A DNA stretch of 63,347 bases, filler included, from Octopus bimaculoides (lineage: Eukaryota), in NCBI RefSeq assembly GCF_001194135.2. It is 5 parts of 5 records of this genome, joined end to end, with 100 filler letters (N's around TTAATTAATTAA, not from the genome) between each part and the next. Parts side by side here need not be neighbours in the genome. Positions count along the whole stretch, not along the records: positions 17,066 to 37,451 come from NC_068982.1; positions 37,552 to 49,561 come from NC_068984.1; 3 more parts are not named here. One strand, given 5' to 3'. Shown one piece after another: positions 24,038-37,793 of the stretch. Made by a program: the position numbers and the translations under genes. The notes under the pieces were generated by a model. It was given only the letters and a program-made list of their open reading frames with translations. It was not told where the DNA came from and searched no databases. Numbering within the stretch: position 1 is the stretch's first letter; each line of letters starts with the position of its first letter.

Positions 24038-24072
24038 GGCCAGCTTTTGAACTTTTCAGCTCACCTTCATAT
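24038..24072 (-). mobile_element. possible isolated mariner-type terminal inverted repeat
   Basis: tatgaaggtgagctgaaaagttcaaaagctggcc resembles TA-flanked mariner TIRs; short, by-eye match only. Confidence 0.3.
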
Positions 24073-24382
24073 TTATTTACGAGGAGATATTGAAAAGGTC
24101 CTGCCCTTAAGGCTATCGCGAAAGACATGGTTGGCGGCCCACCCACCCTAATTATGTTACAGGGCTTAGAAGAAATGAAGGACCACTGCAATAAGTGTGT
24201 GAATCTAAGAGGGTAATATATTGAATAGAATCATAATCAACAGATGGTCCTGTATATTATTTTACCCAATGCTATGAATGTCCATCGTCCCTTTGTATGT
24301 ATGTATATATGCATGTATGTATATATGTATGTATACACACATATATATATATTATATATTATATAATATATTATTTATCAGA

Positions 24383-24442
24383 TTCAGTGTGACTGATGAA
24401 GGGCAAAATGCATATGAAAATTGTGTTGGGTCATACACTGAA
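24383..24442 (+). ncRNA. degenerate hammerhead-like motif
   Basis: TTCAGTGT(GA)-CTGATGA-AGGGC...-GAAA...GGGTC-ATACACTGAA; long stem I retained, stems II/III eroded. Confidence 0.3.
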
Positions 24443-24849
24443 TAGAATAAGGAAGAATGGGATAAGGAAGAAAGCATGAAATCCTGAAATACGGGTGTAC
24501 ATTTCAGATAAATAATGAATGTGGATGATGTAGCGAGACTTCCATATAGACCCACTTAATGAGCAACAGAATAGAGGCAAGGGATATTTCGAATTTTATC
24601 TTCAGACCAATAGGGTATATTTACATGAGTATTGTAAACTGACATTTTGACCGCTCCATTATTAATGTAAATTGAAACACTGGATGGGAACTGAAACAGT
24701 GAGAAAAATCTTTCCACATGCCATTTAGCTTCGTAAACTAAGGAAAGACCTTTTCCATAGCCACTGGCCAGTTAAAGTCAGGCGGCAGAGAAATCAACAG
24801 TTAATAATTGGATCAGTCACACACGCGTTAGAATTTTTGGGGCATAACA

Positions 24850-25075
24850 ACGCAGATTAAATTGTTTCTAATTTGGGCACAAGGTCACTAATTTTGACGG
24901 CAAGTATTAAATCTATTACTTAATTGCTATTTCCCTTTATTGTCTACTGAAAGGATAAAATGCAAAGTCGAGCGTTTTAGGATATGAAATCAGTATACAA
25001 AGTAAAAAGCCGAAATACATATCACAATGCCATTTTTCGCCACTATCTGATGATTCTGCAAGCTCGCTGAGATGC
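24850..25075 (-). mobile_element. decayed tRNA-derived SINE
   Basis: tttgggcacaaggtcac...gaaaggataaaatgcaaagtcgag...gattctgcaagctcgc. Confidence 0.5.
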
Positions 25076-27952
25076 TTATTTGATACTGTTGTTTTTGTTG
25101 TTTAACCTAAAACCTGCTTTTATCAGTCGGGCCCATTGTCAATAGCGTTCACATGCCCATAACTATATTATCCTTTTTGAATCAGGAACTATATTTCCTA
25201 TTGTGTACTTTTATTAAGATAATATAATACGACTTGAAGTTTTGGCTGTTAATTCTATAAAGCAGCCAATGCTGAAACGAAATGGTCTATAATTAATTAC
25301 TTACATTAATTACATCCTGTATACAACAAATAAAACCCATGCATTGATAATTGTTTTGAAATTCCATTATCATATTCTCTTTAATTATCTTCTAAATTAC
25401 AGCTGCAGCATATTTTTCATATATTTCAACTTGTTTTTCTCCTCTCTTACTTCTCATATTCTACAGACACTTTGTCTTCAATACATTTTCTTCCTCTACT
25501 GGCGTCAACTACTGTCTCTTTATTGACCATCGCTCTCTAAAGCTTTTGTAATTTCCTATTGTATTTATGTATAATAGATTTCAAATAAAATACCATTATA
25601 ATGTATATACACAATATATATTACTCTATATAATTATATGATTGAATGAACATCAGATCAAAATATAGATCTTAAACTAAATACATCAATATATTCATGT
25701 CTGTTTTTCTTTATCTTTTAAAAAGTCAGTTTTCCAGTATTAATCATACGCCTAATTATTAATATTCAGCACTCCAATTGAAAATTCATGTCAAGACGTT
25801 TTTAAATTTAATATATCTCTAAGGGAGTTGATTATACATATACATACATACTTACACACACGTACACACTCACACACAGACACTCATATAAACGCACTCA
25901 CACACATACGCGCACACACATATTTATGCGCCCAACATATGTATGTGTATGTGTGTGATGTGTGATGTGTGTGATCGTGTGTCTATGTGTGTGCGTGTGC
26001 GCGTGAGTGTGTGGATGTGTGTGCCTGTGATTGGATAAATAGAGTGAAAAAGAGAGTAGGAGAGAGAGAGAGAGATTAATGACAATGATTCCATGATAAT
26101 AACGTAAATAGTACACACACCTATTTGTAATGTCAGTATGATAGACTCACAGATATATTTGCACATGCACATTTACACGCGTGCACACACACACACGCAC
26201 AAATACATACACACACATATATATGCCTATACACAGTGCTTTAACGATAATGGTCTTTGCACATATAAAAAAAATCTCTATTTTGGCATTCATTGTAATC
26301 AGTAGTTGAAGTTAAAATATTGTAATTTGCCCTTACATAATGAATGCTGTTATATAGTGAATGATAGTACGGTTTTCATTGCAGTTTAACACCCATGCCA
26401 GTTCCACTAGAAAGGGAATGTCGAATAGTCTTTCTTCTGAACATTTCATTTTAGAAAATATGATGTAACCTGAAATTGGATGGTGCATAAATTCTGTAGC
26501 GACTGTCTCAGCTACAATGCCGGCTATTTGAATATCTATCTGTTATACTTGCCATCGCAGGTAAAGAGGCAATTATGTCCATGCGAAGGAGGGAGTAGTT
26601 TCAGTTTCAACTGATCGATATAGAAGTGCTTGTATCTTGTATCCAGCGTATCAGGAACATGTTTTCTGTCATGAGATCCAGAATTGCTCCACTCTGGTAT
26701 AACTATTGATACATATCCAGATAGAGCGCGTAGAATTCAACATTTGTGTAGAGTTGCTTCCTGGATTTGACAGTAGAATGCTTTGGAAAGCATCACAAAT
26801 GTATCGGACAACTGTATACATTGGTTTTATGTCTGTAATTGGTCGAATTTATGACTAGTGGTGACAACACAGTAAATAATATACAGTTTTGAGAGCGCAT
26901 TGTAAAATGCCAAATTGATTGCTATCTGACCTAAATCGATGAACGCACTGAATTAGAGGCTTGTGGGGTTGGCGATAATATGAACACGCAACAGACATGC
27001 CTCACACGAAGATAGGCTTCTAAGAAAACCTTCTCCAAAATGCTGATACGGTACAAACTGTGAGTTGAAGCAACACCCAGAAGGAGAACTGCTTCACAGA
27101 ACTCTCATTCTTAATGTTACCGTAGCGACAGATGAATCTGGAACTGGGATTCAGAATTCTGCATGTTCAAACATGAGTAAAAATATTAACTTTTGGAAAA
27201 TTTTAATTAGTTGTTAACAATGCACTGCTAAGTCTAGTAAAAATATGTGAAATTAAACTGTACTGTTCAATTGGGAAAGTGTTCAACGAGAAAAATATAT
27301 GTTTGAAGTTCCCAGATGATTAATAAATAATAGGCTTCTGCAACGTTTGGACACTAATTATAGAAAATTAATGGTATTATTCGTACGCATTTAGCTATTC
27401 GGTTGATGTAAAACCAAAGGCAATGTCAACTGCTGGCAAAGTCACAGGTAACCCATAACTATCGATGACAACAAGACATAAAGATAATATACTCCTGATC
27501 ACAATAACCAAAATATGCTTCACATATTGTAAATGACTCATTTGTTAAATTAGAAGAGAATTGTTGAGTAATCCTCAAATTAACTGAAATAATACACATA
27601 CCAAATTTATACAGCTATACTTACGTCTGCATGTGGTCGCTATGACTCTAACAGCTACACATAATAAGTAAATAGGAAGGTTGCCCCATTGATATGTCTG
27701 ATTTGCACATATTAGCGTGGAATTAATTGAACCGACAACGGCGAGAAAGAAAGAACATACTAAAATACAATTATCGCATTAAAGCGAAGGAAAGATTGTT
27801 TTTGAAAACGGGCTCTCAGGCAACATAATCTAAATGCAGGGAAAAAATGAACGTGCTATTGCCAATCGCATAAGAATAGCCATTGAAAAGATGATTACAT
27901 TGTCTGTGCTCCAGCATAGGCTGAAAAGCACGACAGCATAAATTAAAATATA

Positions 27953-28005
<53 letters not shown>

Positions 28006-28124
28006 CGTGACGATTATTCGATTGCCATACTAAGACTCCGAGTTTCAGATGTCGGGGGAAATCTGCTCCGGCATCTCGTCAGTTATCGAGGTAATCAAAA
28101 AAATGCTCTCTCTCTATCTATCTA

Positions 28125-28195
<71 letters not shown>

Positions 28196-28564
28196 AAATG
28201 GATGTGTGAATTTTCTAAGAACCCACTTGCAAACTTACCGATGTAAACATTAGCAGAAACGCACCTTTAGCTCATGTGATTTCTACCAATCTATATAGTT
28301 TGAACATTTATTTAACTCCCATATCACTCAATTTTTCTCTTTATTGATTTCTTAACCCCTTCTCTTCATATATGCTACCTTCACGTCATATCTACTAACG
28401 TATTTTTAAAATACTCAATATCGTTCTGTTCATCATTTACATAGTCATCACATTAGTTAAAATGTATTATTGTTGAGCTTGATTCTCTTTCTTTCCCTGA
28501 TGAGAATTTTACATTATTTCACACCATTTATTCCTTTAGAATAATACCAATGTTGTCTTCGAAA

Positions 28565-29290
28565 CATATGTCGGAAGTAAAAGAAATTGAACAAAACCTG
28601 CGTTTAACTCCATTTATTTATTTATCTATGCTATATTTTTAAAGTAATTCGTAATGGATAATCCCTTCACAGTTCCACCATACGCACAGTATCGTTTTAC
28701 GCGGATGAAGATCTTGTTTCACGCGTGGTATCGTTTGTTTACCGGAGCTAAGCCATTCCTTACGCTACTACAGGCACCATTTTTCGTCGCCAGAAACGAT
28801 TCAGTAAAGAAATCTTTACTTGTGTTCATGAGTTGAGCGGTGACGAGAAAGCAAACCTTTTGTTGTTGTCACTTAAAGCATGCGGAACCCTTGCTCCATA
28901 CCTCTGAACCTTTCCCATCGAGCGATGATGCTTCTCTATAGCAGTGTGGGAGCATTCCATTTTCTCTACCAGTTTCTTTGTCGTTTGACGAGAATTTTCG
29001 TGCAACAGTTGGTTTAATCGCTGTTCATCAAAATCAACTGGACGGCCAGAACGAGGTGCGTGTTTCAGGTCCAAATTGCTATTTTTCCACTTTGCATACC
29101 AATCACGAGCAGTTCTTTCAGCTATGACACCCTCTCCATACACAGCAAAAATGTGGCGAGCAGCTTTTGCGGCCTTAGAACCTTGATTTAAAGCAAAAAG
29201 TAGGAGGTGTCGAAAATTCTCGTTTTTCTTAACTTGTCATTTCATTTTAATGATATGAAAATAAACAAAAAGTAACTAAAATTAACTAGA
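28565..29290 (-). mobile_element. internally deleted mariner transposon (transposase pseudogene, ATG at 29245)
   Basis: MK*QVKKNENFRHLLLFALNQGSKAAKAARHIFAVYGEGVIAERTARDWYAK...APRSGRP...VPHALS, then IVSGDEKW...DLHPRKTILCVWWNCEGIIHYELL (first D of DD34D); the terminus at 28565 recurs at 34740. Confidence 0.88.
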
Positions 29291-29944
29291 AAAGAAAAGG
29301 AAAATAGATTCCAAAATTATTAAAAAATAGAATTCTCGAAAAAACAAAAAATAGATTCCAAAATTTAAAAACGTAATAAATTCCAAAATTAAAATAAACG
29401 GAGGGAACTTACTTGCCATTCCAATGTAAATGTATATAAATAATGTATACATATATATACATATATTTGTACATAAGGAATATATTATTATTGTTAATCA
29501 TTATAACTCCTGTTGTCTCTTTCCTTTATACTATATATATATTATAATCTTTATATGTACGTTTATATATTTTGAAAGCTATTTATCTTTATATTTACTA
29601 AAACTATTTTATTCCCCGTTCTTATCCCTTTCTACTTTTTGTTAATTTTTAGTCTGGCCAATCTTGCACCATAATTTATATGAAACAACATATCTTCAGT
29701 TCTATATTTAAGAGATGGGGAATTGTGTACATTATTTACAATTGACGGGTATTTGTCCTCATCGTGTTTGTTGTTAATACAACGTTTCGGCTTATATACC
29801 CGCTAGCCTTCATGAGGTGGCTTGGGAAAATTTCGAACCCGGGTTCTCATTCCTAAGTTTTTTTTCCATGTTTCTTCTTCTTCTTCTTCTTCTTCTTCTT
29901 CTTCTTCTTCTTCTTCGTATTATTATTATTATTATTCAGGTCAC

Positions 29945-30005
29945 TGCCTGGATTCGAACTCGGAATCTTGGGGTAAGTAGTCCACGCTCTTAACCACAAC
30001 GCCAT
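29945..30005 (-). promoter_or_regulatory. Pol III internal promoter (tRNA-like head) of the left arm
   Basis: A-box-like TGGCGTTGTGG and B box GTTCGAATC on the minus strand. Confidence 0.6.
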
Positions 30006-30020
30006 ATTCCCACGAGCATA

Positions 30021-30075
30021 TGGCTTAGTGGTTAAGAGCGTGGGCTACTAACCCCATGATTCCCAGTTCGACTCC
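30021..30075 (+). promoter_or_regulatory. Pol III internal promoter (tRNA-like head) of the right arm
   Basis: A box TGGCTTAGTGG (30021-30031), anticodon-like loop CTACTAA, B box GTTCGACTC (30066-30074); no acceptor stem, so not a tRNA gene. Confidence 0.7.
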
Positions 30076-30084
30076 AGGCAGTGA

Positions 30085-30141
<57 letters not shown>

Positions 30142-30404
30142 CGACAACAACAACAAGCATCGAAAAATACCTTAAGAATGAGAACCCAGGTTCGAAATTT
30201 CCCCAAAGCACCTGATGAAGGCTGGAGGGTATATCAGCCGAAACTTTAACAACAAACAAGATGAGGACAAATATCCGTCAATTGAAAATAATATATATAA
30301 TGAACATATCTTCATTTTTACTGACCATGCTGCTCTTCTTTATATTGTAAAATTGAAAGAGAAAATTTCGTATGAATACTTAGAGTTAAAGCAAAGGTGT
30401 AACA

Positions 30405-30440
<36 letters not shown>

Positions 30441-30609
30441 CAATGCTTATATATCAGTGGGTGCTCGAAGAACGAGAAGAATGTAAACAACGTATCAAAT
30501 CATTCGAACGTAATATATGTCCGATGATGCATTTTCGTTATCGGGGAACAGCTATTCCATTTAAACGATGTGCTGCATGGTGATCACACATACGATTTTC
30601 TGTTGTAAG

Positions 30610-30761
30610 AGAACTTGAGTCACCGTGGTGATTCGATCTCATTGCATGACACTTCCGTTCAAGCTTCCTCTGCCAGAAAAATGCTCTTGTTATATCCACT
30701 CGTCCGGCGGGGTAGTTCGATGCAGGCGGCACAAAACTTTGAAATATCATGGTGTCTCAAA
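30610..30761 (+). CDS. candidate internal exon (NLSHRGDSISLHDTSVQASSARKMLLLYPLVRRGSSMQAAQNFEISWCLK)
   Basis: Acceptor gattttctgttgtaag, donor AAA|GTAAGC, 50 open codons (phase 1 to 0). Confidence 0.4.
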
Positions 30762-32191
30762 GTAAGCTTACAGCGATAAATTGAGTGTGTTATAAACACA
30801 CATCATTGAAAGCGAGGAGGTCTTATTCCATCACAAAGAACAAAGACAATCAGATATTCAAGTTCTAATCTGCTTCAACTTATGTCAAGTGCATAGATAC
30901 GTTGTTGTTCTTCATCTTTCCTCCTCCCCTTCTTTTCTTTCTTCTTTTTTCTTCTTCTTCCAAATTAATACACATACGTCCACACACACATATATACATA
31001 CATGTTAGTGTGCATGTATATGTATATCTGGGGAAGCATCTGTGAATATTTTTTTATATATATGCTCATATGCGTTTGTGTTTCTATTCATATAGGTATA
31101 TCATTTACGTATTTATGGAGATGCTATAAATCACTGTTTATTCCGAACTTGTATGTAAACACGATATCTGAAATGCCTTAGGTATCAACAAAGTATCATT
31201 ATTTCTCAATTGAAACAATTCGAAAGGAAGATCATCTAAATTCATTGCAATTTTAGCATGTATTCATTTGAGGAAATCATACGCCCTTAATAATTATACG
31301 GTAAAGTGTCATGTCTTAGAGGATTTATGAAAACATCTGTGGTATTCTAAATTTAACAACCTATAATGAACTGATGAAAAAAGCATTTGATGCACTCTAA
31401 ATTATTATGCTAGATTCTGCATGATTTATTCTATCTCGGAAAATAAGTAAGATGAGGTATGAAAAAGAAATATATTGTGCAAAGTACAGCATTTTATCGT
31501 CTGAAACTCTCTCCACGTATTATAAATCCGTTAAGGCTGGAAGGTATTTATTAACATATCCCATATGCCTTTTAATCGAAGAAAGTTCTGGAACATTTAT
31601 GCTCCATTGAAAACTACTGAAACTATTGAAAACAATGATTCCGTAAACAACTATACGCAAAGATAGTCAAACGATTCGGAGCGTAGATTATCGATATTTC
31701 CCAATGCACATAATGCAATGGAACAATTTTCATACATTTATATCATACTTATTCATATCTATATATTTTCAATCATCCACGAAGAAACACGTACTTGTGA
31801 ATACGTGCTCACCTAATATATTGAGAACAGCGACAATATATTTGTGTATTTAGAATACTTGTGGCAGCTTATGTTACATGCTATAAATATGTTTGGTAAT
31901 AACGAAATGAAAATTTAAGTATCTATTTGGCAAGATTCCGGCAAGAAAATTTCTGGTTTAAGAATACAAGAAAGTAGACAACATTAATATATCCATACAT
32001 CAGAAGAAGTGCAGAACTGAATACACACATACACACACACACACTCATACATATACAAACATATACACGTATATATGTATACTTGTACATCCGAGTTTAT
32101 ACGTATATGAGTGTCTGTATTGTGTATGTACATATGTTTTTGTATATATCTTCATGTGCATAAATGCATAAAATTATATATATATATATAT

Positions 32192-32281
<90 letters not shown>

Positions 32282-33479
32282 GCACACATACATACGAGGA
32301 TCAGTTACTTATGATTTTATTCAACATAATCCCCTCTCAGATTCACACACTTGTTGCAGGCCTTCAATTTTTCTAAGCCCTGTAAAGTAACTCGGGCGTT
32401 CGGGCCTCCAATCAGGTCTTTCAAGATACTTCTAACGCCAGGAACTTTTTAGCATGCCTCCGTACCTGAGTGCTCCATGGGTACTTGTAAAATTATACAT
32501 GTTTCACTGTCTACATATGTTATGGGTTATATTTTCTCATTATCCCACATAGATTTATTATAGTATTGTTTACCAGTAAATCTTTCAAACCAGAGATTAT
32601 TCTATATGATACAGGAGACGCGAAAATATAACCTTTTAAAATTATATTTGTTGATAGATCTACTGACCTAAACAAAATATATGCTATCTAAGGAAATTGC
32701 ATATATGTAACATATATATTTTTTTAATATCACAATAGTTTATTGAAATGAAACACCACACACATTTAATTGTGCACGCGAATCAGTTTCTATAGCAAAT
32801 AAGTATAGAAACGTTATCGTTATATTCAATAGATTTTGTTATATCACATTATTAAAATAACAATCATACCCCGTTCTATATGATATACTTGAAGATGTAG
32901 TTGAAAACACACACACACACACAGAAATTGTAATACATGCATACATACATATATAAATATACATATATATGAGTATATAAATATATNNNNNNNNNNNNNN
33001 NNNNNNNNNNNNNNNNNNNNNNNNNNNNNNNNNNNNNNNTATATATATATATATATATATATATCACAGTCTCATCGCCAGTACGTAATGTTTGTATTTA
33101 TATATCTACCTATCTGTACACACACATACACGCACACACACACACACATACATACACACACACACACACACACATGTATATATATATATACAGGCCATGT
33201 CTAACTTAATAGCCCCACCTGATAGGATTTACTAAAGTCTTTTTAAGCCAAATTTTGTGGTATCTTCGCTCATTCAAGCAGGGAGTTCTTGTTATATGAA
33301 TTGTATCTCAAGAATAGGTCGTTTATATGATTTCCTTTGAAGAACTCTGTTTATATTCCGTGTAAATGTGATAGGATATTTACCTCTTTGATTTAATTCA
33401 GGACAATGTTAAGTATGACAAAGCTTGTTGAGGAAAAGGAATTTTGCTGCAGTTTAATTGTGTCGCGATCCTGAATTGT

Positions 33480-33935
33480 TTAGGAGACCATGGCCCGTAG
33501 TTCTAGACTTGGATGAGTTCCGAAACTAATTCTGTGGTCGTTCGGGCAATGCTGCTGCTATATTCTCCATATTTGCAAATGATGTATCACTCACAGCTGC
33601 GGAGAAGATTTTCAATGCTATAAGCTGGTTTCAATAGTCGAGATATTTTGAGCATGAAAGTGATCGGTGAATGTTTTCACATTGTTGTGTTGATGAAGTT
33701 TGAAATATTTATATAGACTATAAAGAAAAGCGGGCTCAAGACGGTCGCCTGGGGGATACCACTGTTGACATTTGCTGGGCTTCAGTGGATTTCACTGATC
33801 ACAACATGTCTTCTGTTCCCCAGAAAAAGCTTATTCTAGTGTAGTAGCTTTCCACGGATTCCAATATTTGTTGATTTCGACACAGGATAGTGAGATCGAC
33901 TCTGTTGAACGCTTGGTTGAAATCAAGATATGATT
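33480..33935 (-). mobile_element. CR1/Jockey-like LINE reverse transcriptase fragment
   Basis: YLDFNQAFNRVDLTIL...GIRGKLL...FLGNRRHVV...VNSGIPQATVLSPLFFIVYIN with frameshifts and stops. Confidence 0.82.
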
Positions 33936-34739
33936 TCAACCTTTATAAATTATATGACAACAGAGTTCGAGCCTACTCCCAAGACTTTAAGGACATCATC
34001 GATATGATGTAAGAGCTGTGTTAGTCCCTGCCACCTCGAAAACTATATATATATATATAGCTTTATTCGATTTTTTCGGGATTAAACGATATACGGGTAT
34101 TCTATTTCATATAATACAAAAATAACCTAATGAGTATATCTGACAGTAAACACATGGTATCAGTTTGCACATCACGAAATAATACTTAAATGATATAACC
34201 AAAATTACTAGCTGGGTATACAATATACTTCATTTACTATATCATACTTTAGTTAATACTTATATTTATTAAATATGAAGGAACTACACGTGTTTCAGTA
34301 TTGGAAGATTACAATATATATATACATATACACAACTGTATACCCATATATATACATATATAAATACATATATGCAATCGTCAGATTTGCAATTATTCCA
34401 ACACATCTTCAGGTTCTCTTTCAAAATATTATACGCAATACAATTAGGCATTAAAGATTAAAAATTACAAATTAAAAATTAAGAATAAAAATTATACATT
34501 GTAATATTAAGAATTAAAATTTATAAATTATGCATTGTAAATATGAATTAGTATACATATCAATCATGTAACATCAAGTATATGTCCAATACAGAATGTG
34601 AGATATAAGATTAAACATCAGGATAAAAATATCTGTGTTTAAATGTGATATATAACAAGAAAAATTAGAATACATATATGTATTTTGAATATTTTGAATA
34701 CAAATACAAACATTGAATACCAATTTTGCCTTCAAAATA

Positions 34740-34803
34740 TATGTCGGAAGTAAAAGAATTCGAATAACACCTGCGTTTAACTCCATTTATTTATTTATCT
34801 ATA
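34740..34803 (+). mobile_element. isolated terminus of the mariner family at 28565
   Basis: tatgtcggaagtaaaagaa...cctgcgtttaactccatttatttatttatctat shared with 28565-28630. Confidence 0.55.
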
Positions 34804-34967
34804 TTGCACTAAACATTTCACCAAAACCTGGAGTTTCTACCTTTATAAATAGGCTGTTACATCCCTGTGACTTGTGTGAATTTTTGCTACTCTGGTATCT
34901 GTTTATTTATTTTTTCCGTTTTATTTGTAAAAACTGGAAAAAACACACATACAATTACACACACACA

Positions 34968-35017
<50 letters not shown>

Positions 35018-37644
35018 TNNNNNNNNNNNNNNNNNNNNNNNNNNNNNNNNNNNNNNNNNNNNNNNNNNNNNNNNNNNNNNNNNNNNNNNNNNNNNNNNNN
35101 NNNNNNNNNNNNNNNNNNNNNNNNNNNNNNNNNNNNNNNNNNNNNNNNNNNNNNNNNNNNNNNNNNNNNNNNNNNNNNNNNNNNNNNNNNNNNNNNNNNN
35201 NNNNNNNNNNNNNNNNNNNNNNNNNNNNNNNNNNNNNNNNNNNNNNNNNNNNNNNNNNNNNNNNNNNNNNNNNNNNNNNNNNNNNNNNNNNNNNNNNNNN
35301 NNNNNNNNNNNNNNNNNATATATATATATATATATATATAACGCAATTGTTAGAGATATTCAACATAGCAAAATGAAAATCATTGTTTTCAATACTAAGT
35401 TATTCACTAGTAAACAGGACATACTTCACATGGAGTATGTAACATAAAATTTGAATCTCTGTATTGCAAAGTTCATGATCCGCACCTTGAGCTGGGCAGA
35501 AATGTATGACACGTTCTTAGAAGCTAACCAATGACAGTTCAACTCATAATAATAGACTACATGAAATGATATTTGAAAAACATTAGTTGACATCTCTAGT
35601 ATGTTTTATAGAAATTCATAAATATGCGAAGTATAATTCTGGACGCTTTACTTTTGCAAAACTGAAACCGAAAATCGATACAATGATACTACGCACGTAA
35701 AATGAAATTTATGAAAACTTAAGCATTGTATTATTAAAATTCATCGTTTATGATTTTATGAACTATTGCAATATTAACAATTATCTTTTGTGAACTACTG
35801 CAAAAGCACGAAGAGCACCTCATTATTATGGATATGTATATTTCATTATCATCTGTATGACACTATATCTGTTTGATACAGGGATGTAGAACACATTTTA
35901 AAAGAAAGCTTTTATCGCAGAAAATATCTAAAAATCCATCTGAATTTTCGCTTTTGAATTGTCAATTGTCGTTGAAAATCTCGATCAAACTATTGGTAAA
36001 ATATATTTATGCCTCAATTTTAAGAAATGATAACATACAATAATGATATATAGTAAGAAAATTCATATAACACTTAGTTACATAGCTTAAAGGAACAGTC
36101 TTACAACTAAAATTTTGAATAAATGAATGTTATGTACTGCTTCTTTTAGTGACTTTTGTTACTAGAATATATGTGTTTGAAGTAGGAAATAAATTTATGT
36201 GAGATTTCATGATTGGACGTGACAACAATATTTGAATAACACATATATAACTAAAACAATATATTTCGAAAATCAATAATGTTTAAGATACAAAGATTTT
36301 ATTATTTTTTCTATCAGATAAAATAACTTATTTGATTCACACCAGCTGACTATATGAACAATAAATATAAATTTTTTTGTCATTATTTGGCATTTCGTAA
36401 ATTTTAATGTCAAAGGTCACATCTTTTCTCTTTACACGTTTATATGTACAATAAGCTTCTATGTAAATACACACACACACACACACACAGAATAAAAGGA
36501 AAACTCTAGACACATAATGTTTTGCACATAAGCATGTATTGTACAATAATAATATGCCATATTTTAAGACCTTCCAAATTCTTTCAATTTTAAAAGTTAT
36601 CATCATATGAAAATAAGACATTTTTGTATTAGTTTATTCTACGTAAATAATTCTTCTTACTATTCCTAAACACAATTTGCAAATGATCAAATTCCAAATG
36701 AATTAAATGTAGGTGTTATTCATGCACACATAGCAAATGGGTTGATGATCCCGCATACACATATATACAGGTACAAACGCACAAATAATAACGAATTCAA
36801 TATAATTTAGTATGAAACTAATACTAACTCGTGTTATAGTAGAATAATATCTTTTAGCAATTGATAGTATGATTCATAATAAATATTCATGTGCACGGAC
36901 AACAGAGAAAGTCAAGAAATTGATGTACATATTTATTCTTATTATGTTCCGGTATATTCGACGTAAATATGCTAATCACTGCTGTGTTTTGTCTGTAGAG
37001 GACAACTTTTCCTTGTAGACAATGTGTGTTGACAACACACTCGATTAATTTCAACCTGGTTGTGTCTCTTCAATCAAAGCTACACTCGCATCAATAAACC
37101 AACACCAGCATTTTGGCTCTTTTTTTATGGAAATTAGCAAACATTATTTTCTGATAAGTGATGATGTCCTCCAAAACGCTATTAGATCATGCCCTGCACT
37201 GGAAATACCAAAGATAACAAAAGCAAATAAATAAAAGGAAACAAACAGAAAACAACAACAAAATAAAAGGAAAAATGATGTACAATGTCACTCTTAAAAC
37301 CTTCCGGTAGGTACGGACGTGCATATGCTAATTACTGCTGTATTCGCTGGAACAAATAGGGCAGAGATTAATTGAATATGTTCGTCATTGATTTAATTCA
37401 TGTTAAGTTTTTCTGCAGTTTACTGGAAAAGTTATATATATATATATATATNNNNNNNNNNNNNNNNNNNNNNNNNNNNNNNNNNNNNNNNNNNNTTAAT
37501 TAATTAANNNNNNNNNNNNNNNNNNNNNNNNNNNNNNNNNNNNNNNNNNNNTATTAAAACCTAAATTGTTCTCAACATGAAATATAGCAGCATACCAAAA
37601 ACGTGAGCGGGCAAGACATTTAAAATCACCTAAACAAGCATTAT

Positions 37645-37710
37645 TAAATAGGAACTAGTTTCGGATTTAACAAATTCTTACCATTTGTCTATTCCTCATC
37701 AGCCTGATTT
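37645..37710 (-). ncRNA. type-I hammerhead ribozyme motif with canonical core and extended stem II
   Basis: AAAU-C-AGG-CUGAUGA-GGA..ACAAAU ggtaaga AUUUGU..UCC-GAAA-CUAG-UU-CCU-AUUU; palindromic ACUAGU stem III. Confidence 0.65.
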
Positions 37711-37754
37711 GTAATGAACCGTAATCATCAGAATCGTATACAGAGTTGCCCACC

Positions 37755-37793
<39 letters not shown>

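Larger units (their letters stand above)
29687..30314. mobile_element. head-to-head palindromic dimer of a tRNA-headed, hammerhead-bearing SINE-like element with 12-bp TSD
   Basis: Left arm (minus) and right arm (plus) are reverse complements about 30010; aacatatcttca at 29687-29698 and 30303-30314. Confidence 0.88.
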
